A stretch of 64,000 nt of DNA from the human T2T-CHM13v2.0 reference genome, Homo sapiens: assembly GCF_009914755.1 (NCBI RefSeq), contig NC_060929.1. One strand, written 5' to 3'. Below, one piece after another: positions 26,770-43,399 of the stretch; within the stretch, counting starts at the first letter, position 1, and every line of letters starts with the position of its first letter. Made by a program: the position numbers and the translations under genes. The notes under the pieces were generated by a model. That model was given only the letters and a program-made list of their open reading frames with translations. It was not told the origin of the DNA and made no database searches.

Positions 26770-27407
26770 ACTGAGGAAACGGCCAGGTTTGAGCAAGTTC
26801 TCTAGTTGTCAGGGCCCCACACTCCATCCATACTCAGCACCCTCAGAAAGTTGCGGGATCTCAGAGCACAGTTGGAACGTAGCTTTCAGGAAACACCCAG
26901 CAGCACACAGGAGTGAGCAGCACATTTCAAAGGGCCATGGGTTTCAACCATTGGCGTGTCAGCAGTGAGCTCGCTCAGGATGACTCTTCTTCTGTTACCT
27001 CATCTCCAAATAAGATCCTGGATTCTGGTATGAATTCAGGGGCTAGAAGGGCTCTCAGAATCATGACTGAGACTGAATTTCCTACCAACCTCTGAGTGAG
27101 GACTTAAGAGTTAGATTTCATTGGACTTGAAGTAATGCAGCGTTTCTTCTCACTGAGTTGGGAAGCAAAATTCATACCCATTTCCTGGGGTATGGGCACA
27201 GGGTTATGAGCAGGATGTGAGTTATGCCAGCTTTCCATCTTAGATAACTCTATTGCCCCCTTTCTGTTCACCCAAAAGCAGTATAGTAGAGTTCCCAACT
27301 CATCAACTCCATTCTGACAAACCATCTGGGATCCGAACAGCTGCAGTACCTGGTGCACCTCCCCGCTGACCACTACTGCCGTCGGTGTGATTTTAAAAAT
27401 CAAATTA

Positions 27408-27704
<297 letters not shown>

Positions 27705-28509
27705 TCAAATTAAAATGGCATTTTTAGAGGCGGGGCTGCGCTGAGCAGTGGAGAGCAGTTAGGGGAGCTGACCCTGGGGCAGAACCCGGGGCAGGGTAGA
27801 TGTGCTCATACGCTGACCATCTCCCCTCCACCCTGCCCACAAGTGTCCTTTCCCACAGAACTTGAATGTTTGTCACCTCCCTTTTTATACTTCTTGAAGT
27901 GCCACCAAGAAGAGATTCAATTAAGTCGACATATTCCTCTGGAAGGTTTAAGGGGTGATCAGTGGGTTCATTAATTTTGTACCAAGACATTTTGGTTGAA
28001 TTAGGGACTTGTGTCTTACTCCTCCATTAGTAGTAAGAGGGGACCTTCCTTTATGCTGGGGAGAGATGGATGGGCTATTTGCACCTATACTTTTAGGAGC
28101 ACAGTGGCCTCCTGGGAGGAGAAAGACAACAACTTCAACTTGTTCTCTTGCAGATTCAGTTATGACATTTGTTTGGTGGGTGACCCCCACCAAGGTCACA
28201 TTGCAGAAAGAGTAATGAGGCCCCAGAAAGATAATTCTCCACGAGGGTAAAGGAACGTGGACCAACCAACTGTCTTTTGCACCAAAAGTGAAAAGTGAAA
28301 TGAGTGTTGCTCTGGGTCTATGAAAGTAGCTGACCCAGCACCAGTCATAGCCTTTCAAGCAGGTGGACCAGTACAACCTTCCTCCCACTCTTGTTTCAGC
28401 CTTGTGTCAACTCCAAGTCTCTGGCTTCAGAAAGGACCAAGGGACAGGCAAATACCATCTGAAGTGGGTAATCTCATTGCCTATTCTTCCCCCATCACAC
28501 CAGTCTTCA

Positions 28510-29487
28510 TAAAGCAAAATATTAATAAATGTGACTACATAAAATTAACATGTCTTTGTGGAAGCAAATTCCACAAAGTCAAGAGACAAATGATAAAGTG
28601 GTACACGATATTTGAAACACATAAAACAGACAGAGATAATTTCCTTATTTTACAAACAGCTTACACAAACCAATAAGAATAAATATGAACAGGCCAACCA
28701 AAAAATGGGCAAAGGATATGAAAGGCAGTTCCCAGAAAAACGAATGCAAATATTCAATAAATGAATGAAAAGATGTTCCAGTTTCATCAAATTAAAGACA
28801 TGCAAGTCCAAACAACAAGGTGCGATTTTTCACCTATCAGATTGGCAAAAATTTAAAATATATGATAATAGTCATCCCTTGATATTCTCAAGACTTTGGC
28901 TCCAGGACCCTCCAGTTACCAGAATCTGAAGATGCTTAAGTCCCTCATATAAAATGGTGTAGTATTTGCATATAACCCACACCCATCCTCCTGTGTACTT
29001 CAAATCATGTCTAGATTATTTATAATAGCTAATGCAATGTAAATGCTATGTAAAAATTGGTTATACTGCATTTTTATATATTTTTTGTATTGCTGTTTGT
29101 ATTTGTGTTTTAAAATATCTTCAGTCTGAGGTTGGTTGAATCCATTGATACAGAACCTACAGATATGGAGGGCTGACTGTACTCAGTATTGACAAATGAA
29201 TGAGGAAACAAAGGCTTTTATTCAGTTACTGTGCAGATAACTGGATGCAATATTTTAGTTGTGCGTTTTGGTAATGTCAATCAATTATAAATGCATCTAC
29301 CCTTTGACCCATGGGCAAGAGTTTAATTTACTTATACATTCACAGAAGTACATCAGATTATTGATACTAGAATGTTCATTGCAGCATTGTTTGTGAGAGG
29401 AAAAAATGGGAAAGGGCCATAATTGGGGGTTGAGTATTCCAAGTATGGTACATTCTTGTGGTGGAATATTATGAGGCCATTAAAAAT
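28510..29487 (+). mobile_element. Old L1 (L1ME-like) ORF2 3' fragment split by MER2
   Basis: 'aaaatgggcaaaggatatgaa...atgaaaagatgttc...cacctatcagattggcaaaaatttaaa' and 'aatgttcattgcagcattgtttgt'. Confidence 0.75.
28869..29179 (+). mobile_element. MER2 (TcMar-Tigger MITE)
   Basis: 'ttggctccaggaccc...aagtccctcatataaaatggtgtagtatttgcatataacc...gatatggagggctgactg' followed by TA. Confidence 0.9.
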
Positions 29488-30185
29488 TTGCTAAACTATT
29501 TCCAAACCTATTAAGTGAGTCAGAACTTACTGGGTAGGGCAATGACCAGCAAAAGACACCCCTTGTAGAACAGATGACACATGATAATTGTCAGCCCAAT
29601 TTATAAGCATCTCATGAGACATGGGCAGTAGGCTCGGGATGCTGCAGCCCTCTCTGAACAAGGCAGAGTCAAAACCGAAATATCTGGGTTTGTTCTGAAA
29701 CCCCTCTGTATTTATAGCTTGGTGGGATCTAGGAAAACTTGAATCACAAGAATATATTTTCTTTCCAGTCCTCCAGCCTCTGTCCAGTTCCGGTTATAGT
29801 TTAAGGTAGAATTGCAGTCTGGGGCAGAAATTGAATGTACCATTTATTATTGAATGAAAATAGGGCTTTGAGAATGTCAGTTCTTGAGAACAAACCCCCA
29901 AGGATGAAAGATAGGTCCTTCCACTTTATTTACATCCTGTGATTTGTTTTCAAAGCAGCAGTGCTGACCTGCTCAGGGACAGATGATTGGCTCTTGCAGG
30001 GTGATTCTGCATAAGAGCAAGGCAACATCCACGGCATCAGACCACCCTTCCAGGCAATGAACACCAGTAAGAAAGGTGCAACCCTGTCCCATTGGTGATG
30101 TACAGCTTCCAGTCTTAGAGCCAGAGTATGCACAGAAAGAGTCGAATTATTTCAAATGAACTCTAGTTTTTTACCTCCCATTCTC

Positions 30186-31146
30186 TCTCTCTTTTTTAAA
30201 TTATACTTTAAGTTCCAGGGTACATGTGCACAGTGTGCAGGTTTGTTACATATGTATACATGTGCCATGTTGGTGTGCTGCATCCATTAACTCGTCATTT
30301 ACATTAGGTATATCTCCTAATGCTATCCCTCCCCCCTCCCCCAACCCCACAGCAGGCCCTGGTGTGTGATGTTCCCCATCCTGTGTCCAAGTGTTCTCAT
30401 TGTTCAGTTCCCACCTATGAGTGAGAACATGTGGTGTTTGGTTTTTTGTCCTTGTGATAGTTTGCTCAGAATGATGGTTTCCAGCTTCATCCATGTCCCT
30501 ACAAAGGACATGAACTCATCATTTTTTATGGCTGCATAGTATTCCATGGTGTATATGTGCCACATTTTCTTAATCCAGTCTATTATTGATGGCCATTTGG
30601 GTTGGTCCCTAGTCTTTGCTATTGTGAATAGTGCCGCAATAAACATACATGTGCATGTGTCTTTATAGCAGCATGATTTATAATCCTTTGGGTATATACC
30701 CAGTAATGGGATGGCTGGGTCAAATAGTATTTCTAGTTTTTTAGATCCTTGAGGAATCACCACACTGTCTTCCACAATGGTTGAACTAGTTTACAGTCCC
30801 ACCAGCAGTGTAAAAGTGTTCCTATTTCTCCACATCCTCTCCAGCACCTGTTGTTTCCTGACTTTTTTATGATCACCATTCTAACTGGTGTGAGATGGTA
30901 TCTCATTGTGGTTTTGATTTGCATTTCTCTGATGGCCAGTGATGATGAGCATTTTTTCATGTGTCTGTTGGCTGCATAAATGTCTTCTTTTGGAAGTGTC
31001 TGTTCACAACCTTTGCCCACTTGTTGATGCGGTTGTTTGTTTTTTTCTTGTAAATTTGTTTGAGTTCTTCGTAGATTCTGGATATTAGCCCTTTGTCAGA
31101 TGAGTAGATTTCAAAAATTTTCTCCCATTCTTTAGGTTGCCTGTTT
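30186..31146 (-). mobile_element. 5'-truncated LINE-1, L1PA5-like
   Basis: ORF2 C-terminal peptides on the minus strand ([28 protein letters not shown]) plus 3'UTR; TSD cctcccattctc (30174-30185 / 31147-31158). Confidence 0.95.
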
Positions 31147-31185
31147 CCTCCCATTCTCATGCACTGTGGAGATAGTAGTCTATAG

Positions 31186-31367
31186 CACAGTTCTCAAACT
31201 TCAGCAGCTATCAAAATCACTTGGAAAGCATATGAAAAAGAATTTCTGGATCCCATTGCCAGGGTATCTAATTCAGTAGGTCTGGGGTGGGGCCTGAGAA
31301 TTTGCAAATTCCCAAACCACAACGATGCTATTATAGTGGTCTTGGAACCCTACTTTGGGAACTACCA
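31186..31367. mobile_element. MER5A
   Basis: 'gttctcaaactt...attcagtaggtctggggtggggcctgagaatttgca...actttgggaactac'. Confidence 0.8.
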
Positions 31368-32394
31368 ATTTATAAAGATACTTTATCAATTTTTTTCTCT
31401 CTCATCAACAACCCTCACATAATTTAACTATTCTCATGCTTTTTCCTTAAAACTCAGCTAAAAAGATGCCTTCTTTCATAATCACCAGTCCTTGGACCTC
31501 TTCTCCTCTTTTCCTTTTCCAAAGCACCCATCTGACAATGGCAGAAGCCTCCATGAAAGGGTGCAGAAGAGGAAAAAACTCAGCAGGAGAAGCCACAATC
31601 CTTTTTTCAGATAGGGGGAGGACTGGGAAGTTGATGTGTTAATTTTTGACTTCTCATAAGACAAGCAGACATTCATCGTCTATCAGGGTCTGGGCATACC
31701 AGCAGCGTGCAGCAGGGGGTAGCTTTGGTCTCTGAATCTCCCCTGGGGCTGCCTGAGGATGGGGGCAACAGTCCTGTGGCCCCATTCCCAGAAGGAAAAT
31801 TTTGGCAAGAGAAGAGGAAAAGCGATCCAGAATGTTTGTTTTTAGAAGCATGCTCAGTGGGGCCTGGCTCCCTGCAGAGCCCTATCAGTGCTGCTCCCAC
31901 TGGCTTCCCCTTCTCCCACTTCCAAAGCCTCTTCTACCTCCTCAGCTGATGGCTCCCTTCATCCAGGGGGCTGCGCTGGTAGGCAGGTCTTGGGCCACAC
32001 ACGCAGTGATTATCCCAGGGGGACCAAAGCTGCTGGAGAAACAGGAGCAGATAAATTCTTTTGTTGGAAAATGGCAGGATCTTTTTTTCCTCTCTCCATT
32101 TTTCTAATGGAAAATAAAAGAAAAAAGAAGAGAAAAAAGAAGGAAAGGAAGGGATAAAGGAGGAAGAAAGGAAGGTAGAAAAGTACAGAAAGAATCTGAT
32201 TTGGAGTTTACTTAGGTAGTAGGAGTTGAATAAACCTTGTCCAAAAAGCTATCCCTCCTCCTTCTCTAGGTGATATTAGTCTGCTAGGTGGAAGCAGCTC
32301 TTATCTAAATTCAAAAGTACTTTTCTGGAAGTAGGAGAGAGACTCAGCCCAGCTGTTAAACAAGTGGTAACACAGAGCACAGGATAGATACATA

Positions 32395-32548
32395 GAGCTT
32401 GAGGTGTATGGGAATCCTTTGGGAGTTTTGTGAAATGTAGATTCTACTTCAAGAGGTCTGGGGTGAGACCTGAGGTTTTGCATTTCTAACAAGGACTCAA
32501 GTGATGTTGATGCTACTGGTCTGAGGACATTGCTTTGAGTAGCAAGGT
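32395..32548. mobile_element. MER5A1-like
   Basis: 'aggtctggggtgagacctgaggttttgcatttctaacaag...ctttgagtagcaagg'. Confidence 0.75.
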
Positions 32549-32969
32549 CATAAAATACTAAGGGTTAGAAGCAACCTTGGCATACATTTGAGTGCAATCA
32601 TTTTACAAATGGGAAATCTGGTCTCCCAAGTGGTTATGTGACTTCCCCAAGGCCACCAGATGGTTAATAGCAGGACCAGGTCTAGAACTGGGTCCTTGCA
32701 CTCCTAGTCCCATGCTCTGTCTACTTCCTCAGGTAGGAACTGAGGCAGGAATATAAAATGGGTGCTGGACACACTGGAATATGAACATTGAAAAGGAGCG
32801 TCTGGACCTGAGGAAGCCAGTATGCACAAGTCCACTCTGCCAGTGGTCCCAAAATTGGGACCCAAGACTGCAAACCTCTTCACTATGGAGCTGGTTGGTT
32901 GCTACCGCCCAGTCACCTGACAACCTTACTCCTGGCCCATTAGGCAACCCCTGGAAAGAGAGAATTCCA

Positions 32970-33429
<460 letters not shown>

Positions 33430-33447
33430 ATTTGAATTATCCTTATT

Positions 33448-33575
33448 GACTGAGCATCCTTAAACCCCAAATCCAAAATCTGAAATACTCCTTTGAACAT
33501 CCTGTCGATGCTCAAAAAGTTTTGAATTTTGGAGCATTTTGATATCAAATTTTTGGACTAGAGATGCTCTACCTG
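33448..33575. mobile_element. Tigger4a/MER46-like MITE
   Basis: 'tgagcatccttaaaccccaaatccaaaatctgaaat...gctcaaaaagttttgaattttggagcattt...gatgctctacctg' with inverted ends. Confidence 0.8.
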
Positions 33576-33889
33576 TGTATTATAAATGAGTGGATGTACA
33601 ATTCCTGAGAGCCTTTGCCACGTCCCAGACCCTCTCATTTTTTACATTGGTATACTCCTCCTCATGGTTTCAAAGGTAATACTTTGCCCAAGACATCTGG
33701 GAATTCTGAAATTGGAGGTCAGACTTTCTAGAAGGAAAACCATGTAGTCTGCAGTGTTGATCAGGGCAGACCACTGTAGTGAGCCAGGTTACTACAGGAA
33801 GGCACCTGGGATGGATGCGTAAAGACCCGAATTTCAGGCCTGGTCCTGCTGCCTCCTAGCTGTTGAGTGGGTTTCTAGGGAGGCGGTAG

Positions 33890-34380
33890 CATTCACTCAT
33901 TCACTCACTCACTCGCTTCATTCAAACAATCAACAGATATTTTATTGAGCACCAGCTGCTGTGCCAGAATTTAAAGACACAAACAATATCTTCTCTGCTC
34001 TCAGGGAATTCATAGTCTAGTATGGGAGGTGGATAAATCAACTAATAATTACAATATAGCTATGAGTGGTGCAGGAAACACTGTGTGCTCTGGGAGGGTC
34101 AAGGAGGGGCTGTGACGTCAGATTGGTGGGTGGAAAAGCTTTCCTGGAAGAGGTGCTAGCTGGTCTGCGTATTGAAGGAAGATTGGGGAGGGGTTAGGGC
34201 CACACAAAAGAGCCTTCTAGGGAGAGAGAACAGCATGACACAGTCTAGGGCCTTGAAACTGCACAGAACACCCAGGGGATTGCAAGCTATTATGTGTGGT
34301 TGGATCACAGGGTCCCTAGTGGTGTGATGTGGGTGGGGTCAGGTCACAAAGGCCCTTCTTTACTGAGCTGAGGTCAAGTT
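33890..34380 (-). mobile_element. LINE-2 fragment
   Basis: (TCAC/TCAT)n end plus 'caacagatatttattgagcacc...tgtgccag...aagctttcctggaagaggtg'. Confidence 0.75.
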
Positions 34381-35469
34381 TCAGTTAGACAAAGCTGTGG
34401 AGATAATGCTGGTATTATTAGTTATAGTAATAATTGTAATAATCATCATGATAGTTACATTCATGAGCCCAATGCTATCATTTGCTCCGCACGGCAACTC
34501 TGTGAGGCAGGCACTGATGCTATATCTGTTTGTACAGATGTAGAATTTGAAAGGATGAGTAACTCACAGCCAGGCAGCTGATGTTCCAATACAACAGTAT
34601 TCACAACCCCATTACATTTAAAGTACCCTTTCATGATTGATATTTTTAAACTCTCTTTAATGTGAAATGAAATTCAAACATAATATAACCCATTTAGAAG
34701 GTACTTTGAAATATGTGTAATACTCATCTTTATTATAAAGAAAATGTAAAAGAAAAATAATTTAGAATAAAATAATGTGTATTTCGATAAGGAAATGTTC
34801 AGACCTCACTATTCTAGAAGCAAAATAATCAATGTGTTTACTTATTATGTAAAACCACCTTGAATGCAGCAGCTCCAGTTGCTGATGGACACCTGTGTGC
34901 TGAGAGAGTGAAGTAAATACTATCAGCAGTGAAGCTAATAGTGAACTGATTTTTTCAAATGGTGATCCATCCTTGGTAAAGTTCTGAATGACAAGGTACA
35001 ATATTCCCTTAAAAACTGGTGGGAAAACTGGGATTTGAGCCCTCATCAGCTAATTCCAGAGTTTAAGCAAATAATTCCTACCTGGGGATGACTGCTCCCT
35101 CATGGAAGGGACCTCGTGTCTCAGAGGTACCAGGGGCAGGCTGGCAGGGACCTGCAGAGAGCCCTGGGAGAGCAGAGTGTGGTTTTGCTGAGTCCCAGGG
35201 CTCCCCACAGAACATCAGAATGACAGTCAGTCTGCTTTGCTTGCCTTACATTGTTTTCCCAGTGGGTGGGATCTCTTCAATTCTGGGCTTTTGACTGAGT
35301 AGTTTTTCCATTCCTTCCATGAAGACTTCCACATTTTATGACCACGCTCTTCCAGGGCTCTAACATTATGTAGAGGTTCCACATATGCACTATGGACTGA
35401 ATAAGACTCAAAGAACAATGGACTATTTATTGATTTTCCATGTATTTTTTTGAACCTCTATTTTTTTTT

Positions 35470-35900
35470 TTTTTTTGCTGACCTATGGTTGCTAACAAAG
35501 CACTCCAAAACTTGGTGTACTAAAATAATAATCAATTTTTCAAGACCTTATGGGTTAAATGGGAGATTCTTCTTCTCATGGTGTTGGGTGGGGCACTTAG
35601 ATACCAGTTGTTCAAACAAGGGCCTTGTTTCTCTCTTATGTGAGTCCCTCCACATAGCTGTTTGGGCTTCCTCACAGGATGTCTGCTAGATTCCTGAAAG
35701 AAACTCTGTAAGTGGCCAAGGCAGAGGCAGAGGTTACAGGTCTTTTAAGGCCCATCCTCAGGAGTTGCACAGTGTCATTTCTGTAGTATTCTAGTGATCA
35801 AAACAAGTCATGGAGCCACCCCAGATTCAAGGGGAAGCAAAATAGACTCCATCCTTTGATGACGAGTTGAAAAAAATGTGCAGCCAGCTTTAGTCTACCA
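35470..35900 (-). mobile_element. MaLR LTR (MLT1G/H-like)
   Basis: 'cagtgtcatttctgtagtattcta...cccagattcaaggggaagcaaaatagactccatcctttgatg'. Confidence 0.65.
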
Positions 35901-35904
35901 AAAT

Positions 35905-36625
35905 CTACTGTGTGCCAGGCACAGTGCTAGGTGCCTGGGGATATGAATGGTGAACAGAATCATACATAATCTTTGCTCCCATGAGCTTATAGTTTAGTGG
36001 GGGGAAGAAGAAATCAATTATCCACACCACTAAAAGTGTAAGTAGAAGGACTACAAAGGGATATGCTCAATGCCAGAAGAGCATAAAACAGGGGAACAAA
36101 GTCATAATCAAGAATGTCGAGGAGAGTTACCTGATAAAGGAGCACTAGGGCTGACATCTGAAGAATCAGTAAAGTTATTTAAGTTGTATGTATGCCTAGC
36201 ACATGGTAGATCCTTGACTAATATTTGCTAAATGAATAAATGATGGCATGAGAAAAACTCTGTGACAAGAAAGACAAGGGACTGGGGAACAAAGAAAATG
36301 GAGGGTTGTAGTGTGGGATAAGGCCAGTGAAGGGTAGATGGTATAGATCTTTGAAACCACATTGAGTATCTGAGTCTTCAGCCTCAGAGCAATGGGTTTG
36401 AAGCCAGAGCAGGTTGGTTTAATAAGTTTTGGGCTCTGAAAAAGTCACCTTGACTACAATGTGGAGAATCAAATGGTTCGGAGGGCTAGGTAGTAACTGG
36501 GAGGAGCAGAGAACGAAAGGAGGAGGGAGATTGGCTAGGACACTCTGCAGTAGACCACACAGGTGGTGGCGATGAATATGGAGATGGAGAAAACTCTGAG
36601 GAGATCTATCAAGACTGGGAAAGAA
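35905..36625 (-). mobile_element. LINE-2 fragments
   Basis: 'ctactgtgtgccaggcacagtgctaggtgc...gagcttatagtttagtgg' and downstream L2 ORF remnants. Confidence 0.65.
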
Positions 36626-37099
36626 ATGGCCCTGTGCTGTGGCCAGTTCCACGCCTGTCAGCCCCTCCGGCCCTGGGAGCCTGTGGAAATCTATAAGTAG
36701 TCTACACCAACCTGCGGGCATCTGAGCTCTGAAAGGGAATCTGTAGCACTCTCAAGGAAAGGCAAAGAAAGTGAGGCCAACACAACTCGCTTTTTGCCCT
36801 CAGAGCTGCAGTTCAGACTAGGTGCCAGGCGCCTTCTCCCACCTCAGGCTCTGAAGAGGAATATTGATTTCTGCAGCTGAGAATATAATGTTGGTGCTTG
36901 CTCTCAGGCCTCTCATTTTGCACTGCTTGTACCCTGGGGGAGGAGAGAGACCATGACTCCTCTGGAGATCAATGGCTGTGAACGGGATCGAGGAGAGGAG
37001 ACCACGGTTTCTTTATCAGCCTATGCCGTCCCAAGGTGGCCACACAAACAAGGGCCATGCATCTAGGATTCTCCATCAGTGGCACTGTGAGAGTTTTGC

Positions 37100-39150
37100 T
37101 TTTACCCTTTCTATTGGAGAAAATATCAAACTTATCTATAAGTAAACTAGTGAAAGTTACCATTTTACCATCAGCTCCAACAATTATCAGCTCACGGCCA
37201 GTCTTACGTCATCTGTTTCCCCAACCTCTCTCCCCCTGCATTACTATGAAGCAAATCCTAGACAGCATATAACTTCGTAGGTAAATATCTTAGTTTTATT
37301 TTTTAAAAGATAGGCGCTCTTGAAAAAAAAAAAGCACAGTCATGGCATTATCACACTTAAAAATATTAATAATTACAAATGGATTTGTAATTATGATGCA
37401 TCATACATTATATGATTATTTGATATCATCAAAAAAATAATATAATAGATGTTTGTTCACTTTTCCCTACTTGTCTTATAAAAAGATGTTGTTATTTGTT
37501 TTTGTTTGTTCATTTGAGTCAGGGTCCACACAAGGCCCGTACGTTGTAATTGATTACTGCATCTCTTAGGTCCCTTGTAATCTACAGGTTCTGTCTCATT
37601 TCTCTCTTTAAATAATTTTCCTCACCAGTATTTTGGAAAAGAAACTGGGTGGGTTGTCCTGCAGAGTTTCCCACATCTTGATCTTGCTGATGACATCTTT
37701 GTGGTGATATTTAATAGATTCCTGGTCCCCTGTGTTTTCTGTCAATCAGTAGTTGGATGTTGAATTTTGATTAAATTCACTATCAATTTCTTTTGGCAAG
37801 GCTACTTCATCGGTGGTGCTCTCTTTATCTAGCAGAAGGCACACTGTATTTGATTGTCCCTCTCTGAAATGTGAGCAGTCACTGGTCATTGCTTAGGTGC
37901 ATTAATTCATTAGGAATTGCAAAATGGTGATAGACTAATTCTATATTCTGCCTTTTTTTGTTAATTAGGTAGAATGCTTCTCTACAGAGAAACTTTCTCT
38001 CATGATTATGCTGAGGCATAATTCTCATAGAAAAACATGATTAATATTCAATTCTTTACCCTTTACCTTCTTTTTTTTTTTTCACCAGTTCTCTAAATAA
38101 TGTGCTGGTTCTGCAGCAACTTCTAAGGGTGACTATGGATGTTTTTAAATATCATGGATTTAAACATACTAGATATCATTTGTAAGTTATTAATTCTCAA
38201 ATTATCTCATTTTTGGCCAGTAGGAGTCTCTTCATATTGGCTCCTGAGTTCATTTGACAGAATCCTAGTAATTTTTTATAGTTTCCTTGCTTTTTGATAT
38301 GACAGATTCTCCAGGCTCATTTTGCACATTACCTGCCCCAGACATGAAATGAGTCACTTTGCCAAGGATCCTGGACTTCTTTTAGCAAGAAGTGGTATTT
38401 ATAGATAGCAAACTAGGCACAAGGAGTGCTCAGTGCTTCTGGATTGCTGTTGCTAGGCCTTTCCTGTACTGATATGCATCATACAAGTAGTTTTTATTGA
38501 AATTCAGAATTCCAGGATTTTAGCTACCATCATCTATCATATATATATATATATATATATATATACATGTTTCCTTTCTCCCATGTTGAAATTCCTGGTT
38601 TTCAATGACACCCACAAAATGATTCATTTGATTTATCCCAAACTACATTCACAACCATCTCAGGCTAACAATACTAACACTACCACCATTAGTATAATTA
38701 TTATAAATAATTTGTTTTCTCCAGTTCTCTTTTTTTCTTATGCTATATCTTAGTAGGGATGTACAGTCACATAACTGTGCTTTGAAGCAGAGCTGAAGCA
38801 CTTTAAAGCACTTTGAGAAGTTCTTCTCTATGTGGTTATGTCAATGACTGGTTACAAATTTCTGTTTCGTTTCATTTTACTTTGGATATTTAGGGAGTAC
38901 TTTTTAAAACAAGATATGTTAAAAGAAGTCTCTGCCATCTCCACTCAATTTCCTCACTCCCACTATAAGTAACCACTTAACATTTTTACAGGTTTTCTAT
39001 TGCATAGATATAGATATAGATATACAATGTTTCCTGTGGTTGTATGAGTTGTACTCACCACCTCACTTTTCTTGGCTAAATTGTAGTATATTATACAAAT
39101 CATTTACCATTTTGCTTTCACTTTTTAAACCAATAATGTAACCTGGATCA
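37100..39150 (-). mobile_element. Old L1 3' region (L1MC4/5-like)
   Basis: 'tttggccagtaggagtctcttcatattggctcctgagt...ccaggctcattttgcacattacctgccccagac...ccaaggatcctgg'; AT-rich, contains (AT)n at 38539-38565. Confidence 0.75.
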
Positions 39151-39154
39151 CAAA

Positions 39155-39350
39155 AAAATGGATTCAAATCCCACCCATGCCACTTACTAGCTATGTGACC
39201 TTGGGCCTGTATCTTAAATGCTCTGAGCCTAGTTTCCCTATTTGTAACATCAGAACAATAATATCCACCACCTAGGGTTGTTGAAACGGTTATGTGTGCA
39301 AGTGTGAACATGGCAGGTGACATAGAGTAGGTGCTCAATGTATAGTAGCT
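39155..39350 (+). mobile_element. MIR
   Basis: 'ggattcaaatccca...cacttactagctatgtgaccttgggc...tttgtaacat...gtaggtgctcaat'. Confidence 0.85.
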
Positions 39351-40724
39351 CTAATGGTTTTATGGATAATACTTAATAATTTTTATGCACTTCTCATTTG
39401 ATGAGAGCCTTGTTCTTTCCCATCAATGTCACATAGTGAAGCCTAAGAGGGGTAGGTGGGGAATTTGAGAATCATTGAATGAGGACTCGAAGAATTAGAA
39501 TGTTAATACAGTCAAGAACCCTTAGAGACCTGAACAATTGTCCTGCTTATTCTACAGGAAGAGAAATAGATACACAGAGTGACAAAGCAATTTGCCCAAG
39601 GTCACAAACCAGGGTGGGGAAGTCTGCTGTTGATGCCTTGTTCAATTATTTTTCAAGGTAACTTTTCTCTAAAACAAAGTTCATCTTCTGCTGTTCATAG
39701 AAGTTTCTCTGTGCATTCCTGCGTTCTCTCTGTAAAAGGAGAAACCGGGTGAGGGACGGGTCAGAGAAACTATGCCTTGAAGAAGCGTTTCTTCACCCTC
39801 TTGGTATGTAAACACAGCAACAGTCACTGAGGCTGATCCCTATCAGTGAGTAAGGTCTCATTAATACAGTCAGCAGGGGATCCTGGAGATAAAGAAGTTC
39901 AAGGAACAGTGCCTTGCCCTCAGGGGGCTTTACAACTATTAAGACAACGTCAAGCTTATTTGAAAACCAAACATGGCAGCAAAAATATGTGGCAGTGTTT
40001 AAAATAATCGTTCCTTTTAATGACTTTGTTTTATTTTCATTACAATAACCCTAGGAGATGGCCACTATCCTTGCATCTCTTTTACATGTTAGAAAACTAA
40101 GGTTTAAGTAGATTTTTGTGACTCTCCCAAAGTTATACAGCTAATGAGCAGAAAAGCTGCTTTTGAATTCAGGTATGTCTGACTCCAGCTCCTGTGCCCT
40201 TTAAACAGATGCTAACAGGGGTGTGATGCATTTCCACTTCAATCCGTTGGTTTTGAGACAAAGAGAAGGATAAAACCTGATAGGGTATTCCAGAACAGTT
40301 TGCAATCATTTGATATTTTATTCATCCACTCATTCATTCATCCATTATTTATTCTTTGCTTACTAAGTGCCTTAAGAATCTGAATGCCAAAGCCAGCCTG
40401 GGTTTGAATGCTGACTCTACCACTTATTGGTAAGAAGGTGACTTTCCTTCCCTGTGCCTCAGTTTCCTCATTAGGATAAAGAGAATAATAGTAACTACCG
40501 TATGGGCTGTTACGAGATTTAAATGAGTTAATATGTAAAAACACTTACATATAGAGCTTTATAATTGCCACTTGTGCCTCTGCTGCTGCTACTGAGCTTT
40601 ATGCTTGGTGATTTGTATTTTAATGTTAAGAACCAGCAGTCCTGGATACTGCTTTAGCTCTGCCACCAGTGAGCCACGTGATCATGGGCAAGTTATCTTT
40701 AAAGTTTCTCCACCTCTGATTTTC

Positions 40725-41685
<961 letters not shown>

Positions 41686-42006
41686 TAAGCTAGAAGCTAG
41701 TTTTTAAAATATCCTATTTTATTCTCAACAGATAGGAAAAGTGAGGCCAATGCATTTTCTATCTTGTGTTTCTCAAAGTGTGATCCTCAGACCTTCCACA
41801 TTAGAACCATTTGGGCTGTTGGTTAAAAATACAGATTCCTGTGCCTCAGCCCTGAACTACTAAATCACAGCATCTGATGGTGGAACTTCAATAAGTAACT
41901 ACCTGTTTAATATGGATCTCAGGTGACTATTGTGGGAACTCATGTTTGAAAACTGCTGGACAAGAGAGGAGAGAAAGAACCCCAGCTTTGAGTCAGGAAC
42001 ACTAGG

Positions 42007-42580
<574 letters not shown>

Positions 42581-43399
42581 ATTTTGGAGCCCCACTCATG
42601 AGCTGTAGAACCTGGGGGAAAGTATTTAACTTTTCTTATATGCAGTTTATTTATCTATGAAGAGGGATAAATGTGATGCCTACATCATAGAATTGTTAGT
42701 TGGGTTAAACCAAATAATGTATGTTAAGCTGCTTGTCCGAGCACTAATCACATGGGAAGCTAAAAAAGGTCCTCTGAATAAATATCACAATAGAACTTTT
42801 ATTATCTGTAATAAAAGTTCTATTGACTCAGACTCTCATGGGGTAGGATGCTGGGAATGTGCATTTTTAACTGAGATCTGGAGGTGACTCTAATGAACAA
42901 GGAAGTCGATAACCCTGCACTCTGTACCCACTAAAGACAGGAAAAATCCTCAACTTGATTTGAGTTCCCTAAATCCCACCAGCATCTGGTTTGAAAATGT
43001 TCGATTCAGGAAGCAATGTGGTGATACCTTCAATAAAGCTGCAGCTCCCCAAACAGCACAGGTAATGAGAGCTTTCTGAGGCAACTTTCATTACTTCCAA
43101 GCAAAGGTCCATGGGAGGGTGCCTAGTCCCCTGAGAGTGTCAAAGATGAACCCAAATCATCAAATACATAAGCATGAAAACCTAATCCTACTATGAAGCA
43201 TACACACTGGGAGATAAACACGAGAGGTACCTGGGACGGAATGCCGAGTCATAGGCTCCAGGCTCTTGATGAACGGAGATTCCTGTGGGAGAGAAAACCG
43301 TTAATAAAACAAACCATTTCCCTTTCTATGTAGAGCCTCTGGCTATAAACTGACCTGGATTTAGATTCTGAGGCTTTCATTTATTAAGTTTGGGAAATG

